Notes under the pieces: generated by a model | Database searches by the model: none | The model's input: the letters and a program-made list of their open reading frames with translations, nothing else | Told to the model about the DNA's origin: nothing | Shown here: positions 50,318-62,259 of the stretch, one piece after another | How the letters are laid out: each line of letters begins with the position of its first letter | How positions within the stretch are numbered: the stretch's first letter is position 1 | Position numbers and translations under genes: made by a program | Source: Dehalococcoidia bacterium | GTDB taxonomy: Bacteria; Chloroflexota; Dehalococcoidia; JAUQQI01 | Reading direction: 5' to 3' | Assembly (NCBI GenBank): GCA_042408785.1 | Contig: JBHOQU010000127.1 | Span: 86 to 64,085, forward strand | DNA: 64,000 nt

Positions 50318-51114
50318 ATGACCGCCCAAACCGCACAGCAACTCGTTCCGATGAAGGCGCTGCTGGAGGCCGGGGTCCACTTCGGCCATCAGACCCGCCG
50401 GTGGAACCCCAAGATGCGTCCGTATATCTTCACCGAGCGCAACGGCATCCACATCATCGACCTCCAGCAGACCCTCATCAAACTCGAAGAGGCTTATAAC
50501 TTCGTCCGGGACCTGATGGCCCGGGGCGGCACCATCCTGTTCGTGGGGACGAAAAAGCAGGCCCAGGATACCATCGAACAGGAGGCCAAGCGGTGCGGGA
50601 TGTTCTACATCAACCACCGCTGGCCCGGCGGCATGCTCACCAACTGGGCCACCATCCAGAAGCGCATCGACTACCTGGCCCGCCTCGAGGACCGGAAGGC
50701 CAAGGGTGAGTTCCACTATCTGCCCACCAAGGAGCGGCAGAAGCTGGAGAAAGAGCTCTTTAAGCTCAACCGGATGTTCGGCGGGGTCCGGGAGATGCGG
50801 GAGCTGCCCGATGCCCTCTTCATCGTCGACCCGAGCCGGGAGCACATCGCCGTCCGGGAGGCCCGCCGACTCGGAATCCCCATCGTGGCCATCTGCGACA
50901 CCAACTGCGACCCGGACCTCATCGACTACCCGATTCCGGCCAACGACGACGCCATCCGGTCCATCCGGTTGATAACCCAGAAAATCGCCGATGCCGTCAT
51001 CGAAGGCCGCCAGCTTTATGAGGCCCAGGTGGCCTCCGAGGAGGCCGAGTTTGAGGTTGGGTTCGACCAGCCGATGACATACACCGCCGAGCCGACCGAA
51101 GAAGGGGAAGGATA

Positions 51115-51115
<1 letters not shown>
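50318..51115 (+). CDS. rpsB: 30S ribosomal protein S2
   Basis: [40 protein letters not shown]. Confidence 0.99.
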
Positions 51116-52393
<1,278 letters not shown>

Positions 52394-52410
52394 GCCGGGG
52401 GTGTTCGGCA

Positions 52411-52968
52411 TTGATCGAGGACGTCCTAAAAGAAGCTGAGGCGAAAATGCAGAAGGCCATCGAGGCGGCCCGCCGGGAGCTGGTGAGCATCCGAACCGGC
52501 CGGGCCTCACCCGCCCTGGTAGAGCGGCTGCCCGTGGACTACTACGGGCAGCCCACCCCCCTCATGCAGCTCTCAACCATCACCGTTCCGGAACCCCGAC
52601 TGCTGGTGATCCAGCCCTTCGACCCCAACGCCATCCCCATGATTGAGAAGGCCATAATGAAGTCGGAGCTGGGCCTCAATCCGAGCAACGACGGCCGGGT
52701 GATCCGGATCGTGCTGCCCCAGCTCACGGAGGAGCGGCGGCGGGAACTGGTCAGGCTGGTCCACCGCAAGGTCGAGGAGTTCCGGGTCGCCGTCCGGAAC
52801 GTCCGGCGGGAGGCCCTGGAGGACTTGAGGGAGCTGGAGAAAGAAAAGCTCATCTCTCAGGACGAGCACCGGCGGGCCCAGGACCGCCTTCAGAAGCTCA
52901 CGGATAAATACATCGGCCTCCTCGACAACCTCGAGAAGGAAAAAGAGAAAGAGATTCTCGAAGAATGA
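52411..52968 (+). CDS. frr: Ribosome recycling factor
   Basis: [28 protein letters not shown]. Confidence 0.98.
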   Translation: MIEDVLKEAEAKMQKAIEAARRELVSIRTGRASPALVERLPVDYYGQPTPLMQLSTITVPEPRLLVIQPFDPNAIPMIEKAIMKSELGLNPSNDGRVIRIVLPQLTEERRRELVRLVHRKVEEFRVAVRNVRREALEDLRELEKEKLISQDEHRRAQDRLQKLTDKYIGLLDNLEKEKEKEILEE

Positions 52969-53708
52969 TCGGGCAGCAGGTGCGCACCCAGGCCCTGGAG
53001 CGGCCGGTGCCGGCGCGCATCCCGTGCCATGTGGCCATCATCATGGACGGCAACGGCCGGTGGGCCCTGCGGCGGGGCCTGCCCCGGCTGGCGGGACACC
53101 GGGCGGGGACCGAAAACATCCGCCGGGTCATCGAGTGCTTCGCCCGCCACGGCGTGAAGTATCTTACCCTCTACGCCTTCTCCACGGAGAACTGGTCCCG
53201 ACCGGAGGAGGAGGTCCAGGGCCTGATGGAAATCTTAAAAGAGGTCCTGGACCGGGAGGTCGAAAACCTCCACCGGCAGGGGGCCCGGCTGTTGCACATC
53301 GGCAACCTGGAGGTTTTAGCCCCGGAGCTTCAGGCTGCCGTCCGCCGGGCCATCGACCTGACGAAGGATAACGACCGGATCACCGTGGCCGTGGCCTTTA
53401 ACTACGGCGGCCGGGCCGAAATCCTGGACGCCGTCCGCCGGATCATCGCCGCCGGGGTCAGGCCCGAAGAGGTAACCGAGGAGCTTTTTGCCAGCTACCT
53501 TCACACGGCCGGCCTGCCCGACCCCGACCTGATCATCCGGACGGCCGGGGAACAGCGGCTCAGCAACTTTCTCATCTGGCAGGCCGCCTACGCCGAGTAT
53601 TACTTTACGCCCGTCCTCTGGCCCGACTTCGACGAGGCCGAAGTCGCCCGGGCCCTGGAAGCCTACGCCCGCCGGGAGCGGCGCTTCGGCGGCCTCGCCC
53701 CCCGCTGA
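52965..53708 (+). CDS. uppS: Undecaprenyl diphosphate synthase
   Basis: [38 protein letters not shown]. Confidence 0.97.
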   Translation: MIGQQVRTQALERPVPARIPCHVAIIMDGNGRWALRRGLPRLAGHRAGTENIRRVIECFARHGVKYLTLYAFSTENWSRPEEEVQGLMEILKEVLDREVENLHRQGARLLHIGNLEVLAPELQAAVRRAIDLTKDNDRITVAVAFNYGGRAEILDAVRRIIAAGVRPEEVTEELFASYLHTAGLPDPDLIIRTAGEQRLSNFLIWQAAYAEYYFTPVLWPDFDEAEVARALEAYARRERRFGGLAPR

Positions 53709-53710
53709 AG

Positions 53711-54847
53711 CTACCCGGGGACCCGGCCCAGCCGGCCGAGGCTGAAAAAGCCGACGTCGTGGCGGCTCCGGCCCTCGGTAATCAGGTCGGCGGCAACCTC
53801 CCCGATGACCGGCCCGAACTTAAACCCGTGGCCCGAGCAGGGGCTTACAATAAGCACCTGGGGGTGGGCCGGGTGGAAGTCGATCAGAAAGTGGTGGTCG
53901 GGGGTATTGGTGTAAAGACAGACGGCGGCCAGCTGGAGGGGACCATCGGCATCGGGCAGGTAGCGCCGAAGCAGTTCCCGGACGGCCTCGACCTCGGGTT
54001 CTTTAACTTCCCGGTCCACCAAATCGGGGTCGACCACCTCGCCCCCGTGGTGGCGGGCGCTTTTAACCCCCTCGCCCAGGTCGGGGATGCCGTAAAAGTG
54101 GGCCCCCGGGGCGTATTCGACAATAAGTACGGGCAGCCTTCCCGGCCGGAACTGCTCCCGGTTTGCCCGGGGCCCAAACCACAACATCACCTGCCGCTCC
54201 ACCTCCAGGGGCAGTTCCGGCAGGAGCCTGGGTGCCCAGGGTCCGGCGGCAATCACCAGCCGCCCGGCCCGGTACTCGGCCCCGGCCGACCGCACCCGCA
54301 CCCCGGAGCCGTCGGCCTGCCAGCCGACAACCCTTTCGCCGAACTTTAAGCGGGCCCCATGCCGCCGGGCGAGGCCCAGCAGGGTCTCGACGGCCGCCTC
54401 CGGGAAGAGCACCCCGGCCCGAGGCTCCCAAACCCCCACCATTTCCGGGTCCGGACGCAGGGCGGGGAAACGGGCCCGAATCTCCTCGGCCGAAAGGGTT
54501 TCGTGGGCCAGGCCGTAGGTGCGGGCGCTTAAAAGGCTGCCCGAAACCAGCTCCCCGTCCGGCGGGCCCAAATTAAGGCCGCCGGTCTGCAAAAAGAGCC
54601 GGCGGCCCGATTCGGCCTCCAGTTCGGCCCACAGCTCGTAGGCCCGGCGAACCAGGGGCACGTAAACCGGGTGCTCGTAGTAGGCCTCCCGGATGATCCT
54701 GGAGCGGCCGTGGGAGGAGCCCACCCAGTGGGGCGGCCTGAGCCAGTCGAGGCCCAGCACCCCCACGCCCCGCCGGGCCAGGTGGTAGGCGGTGGCGCTC
54801 CCCATAATCCCGAGCCCAAGGACTATCACATCGAAGGACCCATTCAT
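53711..54847 (-). CDS. solA: N-methyl-L-tryptophan/monomeric sarcosine oxidase family
   Basis: GLGIMGSA, GSSHGRSRIIR, CLYTNTPD, CSGHGFKF; start at ATG 54847. Confidence 0.88.
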   Translation of the reverse strand: MNGSFDVIVLGLGIMGSATAYHLARRGVGVLGLDWLRPPHWVGSSHGRSRIIREAYYEHPVYVPLVRRAYELWAELEAESGRRLFLQTGGLNLGPPDGELVSGSLLSARTYGLAHETLSAEEIRARFPALRPDPEMVGVWEPRAGVLFPEAAVETLLGLARRHGARLKFGERVVGWQADGSGVRVRSAGAEYRAGRLVIAAGPWAPRLLPELPLEVERQVMLWFGPRANREQFRPGRLPVLIVEYAPGAHFYGIPDLGEGVKSARHHGGEVVDPDLVDREVKEPEVEAVRELLRRYLPDADGPLQLAAVCLYTNTPDHHFLIDFHPAHPQVLIVSPCSGHGFKFGPVIGEVAADLITEGRSRHDVGFFSLGRLGRVPG

Positions 54848-54861
54848 TGACTCCCCTCCCT

Positions 54862-55761
54862 TCAGTAGGCGAGGCCAAGGCGTTCGACCAGCCGGTCGAG
54901 TTCGGCCCACGTTTCCGGGTCGGGAAGCTGGGCCGGTCGGCGGAGGCGGGCCGACCTTATCACCCCCCGCCGCCGGAGGATTTCTTTGCGGATGGCCAGG
55001 CCGATGCCAGGCTGGGCCTCGAATTTGATCAGGGGGAGGTATTTATAAAACACGGCTTCGGCACCGTCCCGGTCTCCCTCCCGGAAGCGGCCGTAAATCT
55101 CAACGAGGACCTCCGGAAACCCGAATCCGGTCATGATTCCCCGGGCACCCCGGCAGAGCTCCTCGTAAAAATAGAGCCCCCCAAGGCCGCCGAAAAGGCC
55201 GAGCCGGTCGGCCGAAAGTTTCCGAATGGCGGTGAACTTGGGCGGAGTGGGCTGGGCCTCCACCTTGGCGTAGGCCACGCCCCGGATCTCGGCCAGCCGG
55301 GCGATGAGGGCCGCGGGCATGTTCACCCCGGTGGTCACGGGCTCATCCTGGACCACGATGGGGATGTTTACCGCCTCGGCCACCGCCCGGTAATACTCGT
55401 AAATGCCCTCGGCATCGGGCCGGATAACGTAGGGGGGCATAACCAGCAGGGCATCGGCCCCGGCGGCCTCGGCCGCCCGGCTTAAGTCCACCGCCACCTC
55501 AAACCCCGAATGGCCCGTCCCCACCACCACCGGCACCCGGCCCCGAGCCTGGTCAACGACCACCTCGACCACCCGCTGCCGCTCCCCATCCGAAAGCTTG
55601 TGCACCTCCCCGGCGATCCCCAGCACCGTCAGGCCGTGGCAGCCCCTTTCGATGAAGAACTCTACCAGGCTACGCAGGCTTTCCTCGTCAATCCGGCCTT
55701 CATCGTCGAAGGGTGTAACCAGGATGGGAAGCACCCCGGCCAGGCCGCTGCTGCCGCTCAT
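54862..55761 (-). CDS. Dihydrodipicolinate synthase-family (class I aldolase) protein
   Basis: VTPF, LGIAGE, GRVPVVVG, ADALLVMPPY, Schiff-base Lys in AKVE; start at ATG 55761. Confidence 0.85.
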   Translation of the reverse strand: MSGSSGLAGVLPILVTPFDDEGRIDEESLRSLVEFFIERGCHGLTVLGIAGEVHKLSDGERQRVVEVVVDQARGRVPVVVGTGHSGFEVAVDLSRAAEAAGADALLVMPPYVIRPDAEGIYEYYRAVAEAVNIPIVVQDEPVTTGVNMPAALIARLAEIRGVAYAKVEAQPTPPKFTAIRKLSADRLGLFGGLGGLYFYEELCRGARGIMTGFGFPEVLVEIYGRFREGDRDGAEAVFYKYLPLIKFEAQPGIGLAIRKEILRRRGVIRSARLRRPAQLPDPETWAELDRLVERLGLAY

Positions 55762-55765
55762 CGTC

Positions 55766-55972
55766 TCACCTCCGGGCAGAAGTCTGGGCCCTGGCCCCAC
55801 CCATAATGTGGAGCCAGGCGTAAAGCAGTCCCTCCCTGGCGAGCAATTCCTCCAGGGCAAGCAGGGTTGACCGGCGCCGCCGGCGGGAAAGAACGAGCCG
55901 CTTGAGTTCGCCCAGGGCCAGGGTACCGTCCGACCTGCGGGCCGCCCTAATGAGCCGTTCGGCCTCGGTCAT
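55766..55972 (-). CDS. Small basic hypothetical protein (68 aa)
   Basis: ATG with GGGAG SD; ends 4 nt before the aldolase start. Confidence 0.45.
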   Translation of the reverse strand: MTEAERLIRAARRSDGTLALGELKRLVLSRRRRRSTLLALEELLAREGLLYAWLHIMGGARAQTSARR

Positions 55973-56028
55973 CGTCTCTCCCTGCGGGGCCGGGTTCACC
56001 CGGTCGATATGAAATAGGGGATGCAGCA

Positions 56029-56115
56029 ATGCCGCCGGACTTCGGCACATTACTGGCAATCGGCCTGCTCATTGCCCTCTTTTGCCTTTCGGCGGGTAGG
56101 CCCAGGTCCCGCTAA
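56029..56115 (+). CDS. Putative 28-aa single-TM small protein
   Basis: Manual translation MPPDFGTLLAIGLLIALFCLSAGRPRSR; AGGGG SD upstream; fills the intergenic gap. Confidence 0.45.
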   Translation: MPPDFGTLLAIGLLIALFCLSAGRPRSR

Positions 56116-56801
56116 ACCAGGCGGATGCGGCGGAAGGCCTCGGCGTAGGGCATTCCCGCAACCTTACCCACCTCCTCCGCCCAGCGGGTGACGAACTCGT
56201 GGACGGGCCGCTCCCCGATCTGGCTGCGGTGGGCCCGCAGGGCCCGAATCTTCAGCTCCAAGGTCTCCGAGATGTCCACGAAGAAGTTGGGCTCCCGGGG
56301 CCCCGAAAGGTAAACCTCTTCCACGGTGTGAACGTCGAGGCCCTGCTTTAAGAGCTCGGGGAAGGTGGGACGGTTGCGGGCGGCCGGAAAGACCGCCGCC
56401 AGGACGGCCTCCCCGGCGGCGACGTGGTCGGGGTGGTTAACATACCGGTCGGCCAGGTAGCGGGCGGTCGGGTCGGGACAGACCACCCACTGGGGCCGGT
56501 AAAGGCGGATAATTTTGACCAGCTCCCGCCGAAGCTCGATGGTGGGCTGAAGGACCCCATCCTCGTAGCCCAGGAAAAGAACCTCTTTCACGCCGAGAAT
56601 GCGGGCGGCCTCCCGCTGCTCCTCAACCCGGAGCCGGGCGAGCCGCTCGCCCGCCAGCTCAATGTCCTCCGTTCCCTTACTGCCGTCGGTGATGATAACG
56701 TACATTACCTCACGCCCCTCCCGGGCCCAGCGGGCAAAGGTCCCGCCGGCCCCAAACTCGGGGTCGTCGGGGTGGGCGAAAATTCCCATAACGTCGACCA
56801 T
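56112..56801 (-). CDS. PIG-L/LmbE family deacetylase
   Basis: FAHPDD, TDGSKG, HPDH, ALRAHRSQ, AEAF. Confidence 0.9.
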   Translation of the reverse strand: MVDVMGIFAHPDDPEFGAGGTFARWAREGREVMYVIITDGSKGTEDIELAGERLARLRVEEQREAARILGVKEVLFLGYEDGVLQPTIELRRELVKIIRLYRPQWVVCPDPTARYLADRYVNHPDHVAAGEAVLAAVFPAARNRPTFPELLKQGLDVHTVEEVYLSGPREPNFFVDISETLELKIRALRAHRSQIGERPVHEFVTRWAEEVGKVAGMPYAEAFRRIRLV

Positions 56802-56861
56802 GCGGACCCTCGTGTTCAGATTTTCGCTTCCCATTATAGCCCATGGGGGCGACCGGGGGTC

Positions 56862-57500
56862 CTATTTCCGCCAGGCAACCAGCACCCCATCCCGGACCGG
56901 GATAATACCGGCGATGAAGTCGGGATCGGCGAAGACCAGGCGGGTAAGTTCCCGGACACCCCGAGTTGCGGGGTCGTCGGCCTGCTCGTCCCAAACCCGG
57001 CCCGACCAGAGGATGTTGTCCACCAGCATCAGGCCGCCCCGCCGGAGGTGCCTTTTGATAACAGGCAACGACCGCGGGTAGTCCGGCTTCTCGATGTCGT
57101 TAAAGACCAGGTCGAACTCGCCGGGGGTGCGGTCAAGCTCGGCAACGGCCTCGGCAACCCGGAACCGGACCAGGTCCGCCAGGCCCAGCTGGCCCAGGTA
57201 GTCCTGGGCCTGGCGGGAAAGCTCCGCATCCCAGACCACGTGGTAAACCTCCCCGCCCCCGTTGTCCCGGACGGCCAGGGCCAGCCAGGCGGTGGAGTAA
57301 CCGAAGCCGGAGCCGAGCTCGAACACCCGCCGAGCACCGACCATGCGGCCCAGCAGGTAAAAGAGCTGGCCGACCACCGGCCCGATGATGGGGAATCCCG
57401 TCCGGCGGGCCTGTTCCTCCATCTCCTGCAGGACCGGGTGGCGGGGCGGCACAAGGCCCTCCAGGTAGGGCATAAGCCGAGGATGGTATAACTCCGCCAT
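56862..57500 (-). CDS. O-methyltransferase (Methyltransf_3)
   Basis: PIIGPVVGQ, FELGSGFGYS, FDLVFND, DNILWSG. Confidence 0.88.
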   Translation of the reverse strand: MAELYHPRLMPYLEGLVPPRHPVLQEMEEQARRTGFPIIGPVVGQLFYLLGRMVGARRVFELGSGFGYSTAWLALAVRDNGGGEVYHVVWDAELSRQAQDYLGQLGLADLVRFRVAEAVAELDRTPGEFDLVFNDIEKPDYPRSLPVIKRHLRRGGLMLVDNILWSGRVWDEQADDPATRGVRELTRLVFADPDFIAGIIPVRDGVLVAWRK

Positions 57501-57681
57501 TGTCGCCTCCGCATTAGGTTAGCCGTGAGAGTTATATGATATATACTCAGAGGGGCGGTGTCCCCCATTGGGACGGAGCCCCTTGTAATAGGCGGAACCT
57601 ATCGGTCACATAAAAAATTACGGGGCAAAGACGGGGGCTCCCCGTCGGGCCCAGTGATATCATACTCGGGAGGTCGGGCCG

Positions 57682-58698
57682 ATGCTTGAGGCGATGAGTC
57701 TCCGCGGCTCTGTTACCGGCGGCTTTCCGGCAGTCCGTCTCCGACGCCTGCGGCGAACCCCGGCGCTTCGGGAACTGGTTCAAGAGACCCGCCTTTCGGT
57801 TAAGGACTTTATCTACCCCCTCTTTATCACCGAAGGCCGCGGCATCCGCCAGGAGATCGAAAGCATGCCCGGTCAGTACCGCTGGTCCCTGGACCTTCTG
57901 CCCGCCGAGGTGGAGGCCATCGCCCGGCTCGGCATCCGGGCGGTTTTGCTTTTCGGCATCCCGGCCCACAAGGACGAGGTGGGGTCGGGGGCCTGGGCCG
58001 AGGACGGCATTATCCAGCGGGCCGTGAAGGTAATCAAGGGCGTGGTGCCCGAGCTTACGGTTATCTGCGACGTCTGCCTTTGCGAGTACACCAGTCACGG
58101 CCACTGCGGGGTCGTCCGGGACGGCTACGTTCAGAACGACGAAACTTTAGAGCTGCTGGCCCGGACGGCCGTGTCCCAGGCCGCGGCCGGCGCGGACATT
58201 GTGGCGCCCTCGGATATGATGGATGGCCGGGTTGGGGCCATCCGCCGGGCCCTGGACGAGGCGGGCTTCGGGCAGGTGGCCATCATGGCCTACAGCGCCA
58301 AGTACGCCTCGGCCTTCTACGGCCCCTTCCGGGAGGCGGCCGGCTCGGCCCCCCAGTTTGGGGACCGCCGGGCCTACCAGATGGACCCGCCCAACGTCCG
58401 GGAGGCCCTGCGGGAGGTCGAGCTGGACGTCGCCGAGGGGGCCGACATTATAATGGTCAAGCCAGCCCTGGCCTACCTGGACGTTATCCGGGCGGCCCGC
58501 CAGCGCTTCGACCATCCCCTGGCCGCCTACAACGTGAGCGGCGAATACGCCATGGTGAAGGCTGCCGCCCGGAACGGCTGGCTGGACGAGCGGCGGGTCA
58601 CCCTGGAGATTCTCTACGCGATCAAGCGGGCCGGGGCCGACCTGATCATCACCTACCACGCCAAGGACGTGGCCCGGTGGTTGAAGGAAGAAGGCTAA
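57682..58698 (+). CDS. hemB: Porphobilinogen synthase (Zn-type)
   Basis: [38 protein letters not shown]. Confidence 0.98.
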   Translation: MLEAMSLRGSVTGGFPAVRLRRLRRTPALRELVQETRLSVKDFIYPLFITEGRGIRQEIESMPGQYRWSLDLLPAEVEAIARLGIRAVLLFGIPAHKDEVGSGAWAEDGIIQRAVKVIKGVVPELTVICDVCLCEYTSHGHCGVVRDGYVQNDETLELLARTAVSQAAAGADIVAPSDMMDGRVGAIRRALDEAGFGQVAIMAYSAKYASAFYGPFREAAGSAPQFGDRRAYQMDPPNVREALREVELDVAEGADIIMVKPALAYLDVIRAARQRFDHPLAAYNVSGEYAMVKAAARNGWLDERRVTLEILYAIKRAGADLIITYHAKDVARWLKEEG

Positions 58699-58764
58699 AG
58701 GCAACGGGGGCAGGCCAGGTTTGGTCCTTCCCCGACCAACGCAGACCAGAAGAAGGAGGACCCA

Positions 58765-59910
58765 ATGCCGACCAAAAATACCGGCCTTAAAGGTGTGGTG
58801 CTGGGCGAGACCCAGTCAAGTTACATTGACGGGGACAAAGGCGTACTCCTTTACCGGGGCTACCGGATTGAGGACCTCGCGACCAAGTCCACCTTCGAAG
58901 AGGTGGCCTTTCTTCTGCTGTACGGCCACCTCCCCACCCGGGCCGAGCTGGAGGAGTTCGATGCAACCCTACGGGCCAGCCGGCCAATTCCGGAGGAGGT
59001 AGTCCAGGTTATCCGCCTTGTCAAGCACGCCCACCCGATGGACGTCCTCCGGACGGGAGTCTCGGCCCTGGCCGCCTTCGACCCGGAGGTAAACGACACT
59101 TCCGAGGCGGCTACCCTGCGCAAGGGCATCCGACTTACGGCCCAGGTTCCCACCATCGTGGCCTACCACCACCGGATCCGGCAGGGGCTGGACCCCGTGC
59201 CCCCCAACCCCAACCTGGGCCACGCCGCCAACTTCCTCTGGATGATGTTCGGCCAGGAGCCCCACCCGGAAGATGCCCGGACCCTGGACGTGGACTTCAT
59301 CCTGCATGCCGAGCACGGGGCCAATGCCTCGGCCTTCACCGCCCGGGTAGTCGTCAGCACCATGTCCGATCTGCACTCGGCTATTGTGGCGGCCATCGGC
59401 GCCCTTAAAGGCCCGTGGCACGGCGGTGCGGCCGAGGCGGTGATGCGCATGGCCGAAGAGATCGGGTCGCCCGACCGGGCCGAAGCCTACGTGCGGGAGC
59501 GGCTGGCCCGGGGCGACCGGGTGATGGGCTTCGGCCACCGGGTCTACAAGGTGGAGGACCCCCGGGCGAGGCTGCTGCGGCCCCTGGCCAAGGAAGTGGC
59601 CGAGCGGCGGAACCAGCCCCACTGGTTCCAGATCCTGCAGAAGGTCGAAGAGGTAATGCGGCCCTACCGGGAGCGGGGCATCTACGTGAACGTGGACTTC
59701 TACGCCGGGGTCGTCTACTACCTGCTGGGCATCCCCGAAGACCTCTTCGTGCCCATCTTCGCCATCGGCCGGGTGCCGGGCTGGGTCTTGCAGTGCATCG
59801 AGCAGTACCGGGACGCCGTCCTCATCCGCCCGCTCCTGGAGTACGTGGGTCCGATGGACCTGGAATATATTCCCATCGACCAGCGGGGTCCGGCCCCGGC
59901 CCGCACCTGA
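58765..59910 (+). CDS. Citrate/2-methylcitrate synthase (type I)
   Basis: LLYRGY, HAEHGANAS, GPWHGGA, MGFGHRVY, NVDFY. Confidence 0.93.
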   Translation: MPTKNTGLKGVVLGETQSSYIDGDKGVLLYRGYRIEDLATKSTFEEVAFLLLYGHLPTRAELEEFDATLRASRPIPEEVVQVIRLVKHAHPMDVLRTGVSALAAFDPEVNDTSEAATLRKGIRLTAQVPTIVAYHHRIRQGLDPVPPNPNLGHAANFLWMMFGQEPHPEDARTLDVDFILHAEHGANASAFTARVVVSTMSDLHSAIVAAIGALKGPWHGGAAEAVMRMAEEIGSPDRAEAYVRERLARGDRVMGFGHRVYKVEDPRARLLRPLAKEVAERRNQPHWFQILQKVEEVMRPYRERGIYVNVDFYAGVVYYLLGIPEDLFVPIFAIGRVPGWVLQCIEQYRDAVLIRPLLEYVGPMDLEYIPIDQRGPAPART

Positions 59911-59931
59911 CGCCAGTCTTGAGGGCCGACG

Positions 59932-60273
59932 GTGACCGTGGACTACCGACGCACCGGGATCTGGCTGGCGGCCATCCTGACCACCGGCCTGACAGGCTGG
60001 GTTCTGGTCCAGTTCGTCACCTGGGCCGTTATCCTGGTCCATTCGGCCGTCCACTTTCTGCCCTGGAAGGTGGGGGTGGCCGTCCGTTACCTGGCCCTCT
60101 ACGGGGTGGGGCTTATCGCCCCGGCCGCCGTGATGCGGGCCAGCTGGGAATGGCTCTACCGCAACGGCGACCGGCAGGGCTTCGTGGTGGGCTTTTTGAT
60201 TCACCTGCTTTTGCTGGCCATCTTTATCCCGGTGATGCTGGCCTATAACATTGCCGACCTGCTCGGCAGGTAA
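59932..60273 (+). CDS. Hypothetical membrane protein (3 TM)
   Basis: Hydrophobic ORF co-oriented between citrate synthase and rph. Confidence 0.6.
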   Translation: MTVDYRRTGIWLAAILTTGLTGWVLVQFVTWAVILVHSAVHFLPWKVGVAVRYLALYGVGLIAPAAVMRASWEWLYRNGDRQGFVVGFLIHLLLLAIFIPVMLAYNIADLLGR

Positions 60274-60284
60274 AGGGGCCGCCC

Positions 60285-61022
60285 TTGGTTGAGGTTTCCG
60301 GCCGGCCGGGCGGCCGGGCACCTGACGAGCTCCGGCCGGTCCGAATCGTCCTGGACCCCCTGGAGTTTCCCGAGGGCTCGGCCTTAATCGAGCAGGGCCG
60401 AACCCGGGTGCTCTGCACCGTGACGGTGGAGGAGCGGGTACCGCCTTTTCTGGCCGGCTCCGGCCGGGGGTGGGTGACCGCCGAGTACGGGATGTTGCCC
60501 CGGGCTACCCCAACCCGCTCGCCCCGGGAGGCCGTCCAGGGCCGTCCCTCCGGCCGGACGCAGGAGATTCAGCGCCTCATCGGCCGGGCCCTGCGGGCCG
60601 TGGTTGACCTGGATAAGCTGGGCGAACGCACCTTAATTGTCGACTGCGATGTGCTTCAGGCCGACGGCGGGACCCGGACAGCGGCCATCACCGGCGCCTG
60701 GGTTGCCCTGGTCCGGGCGGTGGGTCGACTGAGGGCCGAGGGGCTCCTGGAGGCCGACCCCATCAAGCAGGCGGTCGCCGCGGTGAGCGTGGGCATCGTC
60801 GGCGGGGTTCCCGTACTGGACTTAGAGTACGCCGAGGACTCCCAAGCCCAGGTCGACCTGAACGTGGTGATGGCCGCCGACGGCCGGCTGGTGGAGATTC
60901 AGGGCACCGCCGAAGCCGAACCCTTCAGCCGGGACCAGCTGAATCAGCTCCTTGACCTGGCCGAGGTGGGCATCCGCCAGCTCCTTAAGGCCCAGCAGGC
61001 GGCCCTGGCCGGAGAACTTTAG
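60285..61022 (+). CDS. rph: Ribonuclease PH
   Basis: [42 protein letters not shown]. Confidence 0.97.
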   Translation: MVEVSGRPGGRAPDELRPVRIVLDPLEFPEGSALIEQGRTRVLCTVTVEERVPPFLAGSGRGWVTAEYGMLPRATPTRSPREAVQGRPSGRTQEIQRLIGRALRAVVDLDKLGERTLIVDCDVLQADGGTRTAAITGAWVALVRAVGRLRAEGLLEADPIKQAVAAVSVGIVGGVPVLDLEYAEDSQAQVDLNVVMAADGRLVEIQGTAEAEPFSRDQLNQLLDLAEVGIRQLLKAQQAALAGEL

Positions 61023-61531
61023 CGGCCGGCCGTCGGGGTCGGATAGGGGGTGGCCGGAAGGGTGGGAGCCGGGGTAACGGTCCGACCGGGGGTAAGGGTT
61101 GGGGCCGGTTGGGGGGTCCGGGTCGGGCTTGGGGACGGCCTCGGGGTCGGGCTCCGGGAAGGCTGAGGCGTGGGCGTCCGGCTCGGAACCCGGGTGGGGG
61201 CCGGATTCAGGGTTGGGACGGGGGTAACGGCCGAAACGGCCGTGGGCAACGGGACCGGGGTGGGCGATGCCGCCTCCTCCGGCGGTTCGGTCGTGGGGCT
61301 TGGGGTCGGAACCTCCCGACCCTCAGCGGTGGGTCCGTTGGGGACCGCCGGCAAGGGTATAAGGACCAGGCTGGCCACCCCCAGGCAGTAGCAGAGGGCG
61401 CCTATCAGGTAGATAAAGGCCAGGGTAGCATAGAGCCGCCGGCCCCAGACTGTCTGCCGCCTCCACCAGGCATTCAGGTTCCGCCAGTGGGCGATGAGGG
61501 TGATTAAGAGTTCGCGCCCCGCTCGGCCCAA
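61019..61531 (-). CDS. Single-TM protein with Pro/Thr-rich low-complexity tail
   Basis: TM at about residues 33-60, then PTPSPT/PTRTP-type repeats. Confidence 0.65.
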   Translation of the reverse strand: MGRAGRELLITLIAHWRNLNAWWRRQTVWGRRLYATLAFIYLIGALCYCLGVASLVLIPLPAVPNGPTAEGREVPTPSPTTEPPEEAASPTPVPLPTAVSAVTPVPTLNPAPTRVPSRTPTPQPSRSPTPRPSPSPTRTPQPAPTLTPGRTVTPAPTLPATPYPTPTAGR

Positions 61532-61540
61532 GGGCGGCGG

Positions 61541-62257
61541 CTAGCGGTAGGCCAGCTTGGCCAGGAAGATGCCTACCTCATACAGCACGATCAGCGGGAC
61601 CGCAACCAGGGTCTGGTTAACCGGGTCGAAGGTCGGCGTAATGATCGCTCCCAGGGCGAAGGCCCCAACAATGGCGTATTTTCGCAAGCTGGCCAGCCGC
61701 TGGGGGCTTACAACCCGGACCTTGGCCAGGAAGTAAATGATAAGGGGCGTCTCGAAGACCACCCCAACCCAGAAGAGAAAACGGGTTACGAAGTCTATGT
61801 AACTGGAGAGTCTGATCTGCGGCCGGGCGATATCTTCCCCGGGCCAGCCCAGAAGGAACGTCAGGGCCGGGGGCATCAGGACCGCGTAGGCGAAGACCAC
61901 CCCTATGACGAAGCTTAGGGTCGCCCCGGGCAGCAGCCAGAAGAGGTACCGCTTTTCCGTGGGCGTAAGGCCCGGCATTACAAACATGGCGGCCTGGTAG
62001 ACAATGGCCGGCATTGCCAGGATGACGCCGGCCAGCAGGGCCACCCGGAAATACGACCCCATCCCTTCAGTGGGGTCGATGAAGATGAGGTCGATGGAGT
62101 GGGCCGGGGCCTTTAAAATCTCAAAGATCGGCCGGGTGAAAAGAAGGGAAAATAAGGTGGCCACGGCCAGGGCCACAAAGCTGCGGATGAGCCGCATCCG
62201 CAGCTCGGCCAGGTGCTCGAAAATGGTCATCCGTTTTTCATCGGCGACCTGGGCCAC
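61541..62257 (-). CDS. tatC: Twin-arginine translocase subunit TatC
   Basis: EHLAELRMRL, PGLTPTEKR, FETP, AIITPTFDP, LYE. Confidence 0.95.
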   Translation of the reverse strand: MAQVADEKRMTIFEHLAELRMRLIRSFVALAVATLFSLLFTRPIFEILKAPAHSIDLIFIDPTEGMGSYFRVALLAGVILAMPAIVYQAAMFVMPGLTPTEKRYLFWLLPGATLSFVIGVVFAYAVLMPPALTFLLGWPGEDIARPQIRLSSYIDFVTRFLFWVGVVFETPLIIYFLAKVRVVSPQRLASLRKYAIVGAFALGAIITPTFDPVNQTLVAVPLIVLYEVGIFLAKLAYR

Positions 62258-62259
62258 CT

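Noticed and set aside
57551-57660. Cobalamin, TPP or c-di-GMP-I riboswitch upstream of hemB
   Set aside because: Only fragments (TAATAGG, GGCAAA) match; the B12 box, the TPP core and the GCAAAGC junction are absent
61019-61531. TatA/TatB, or a DNA tandem repeat/CRISPR
   Set aside because: The TM is not N-terminal and there is no FG hinge; the repeats are degenerate at DNA level and reflect protein low complexity
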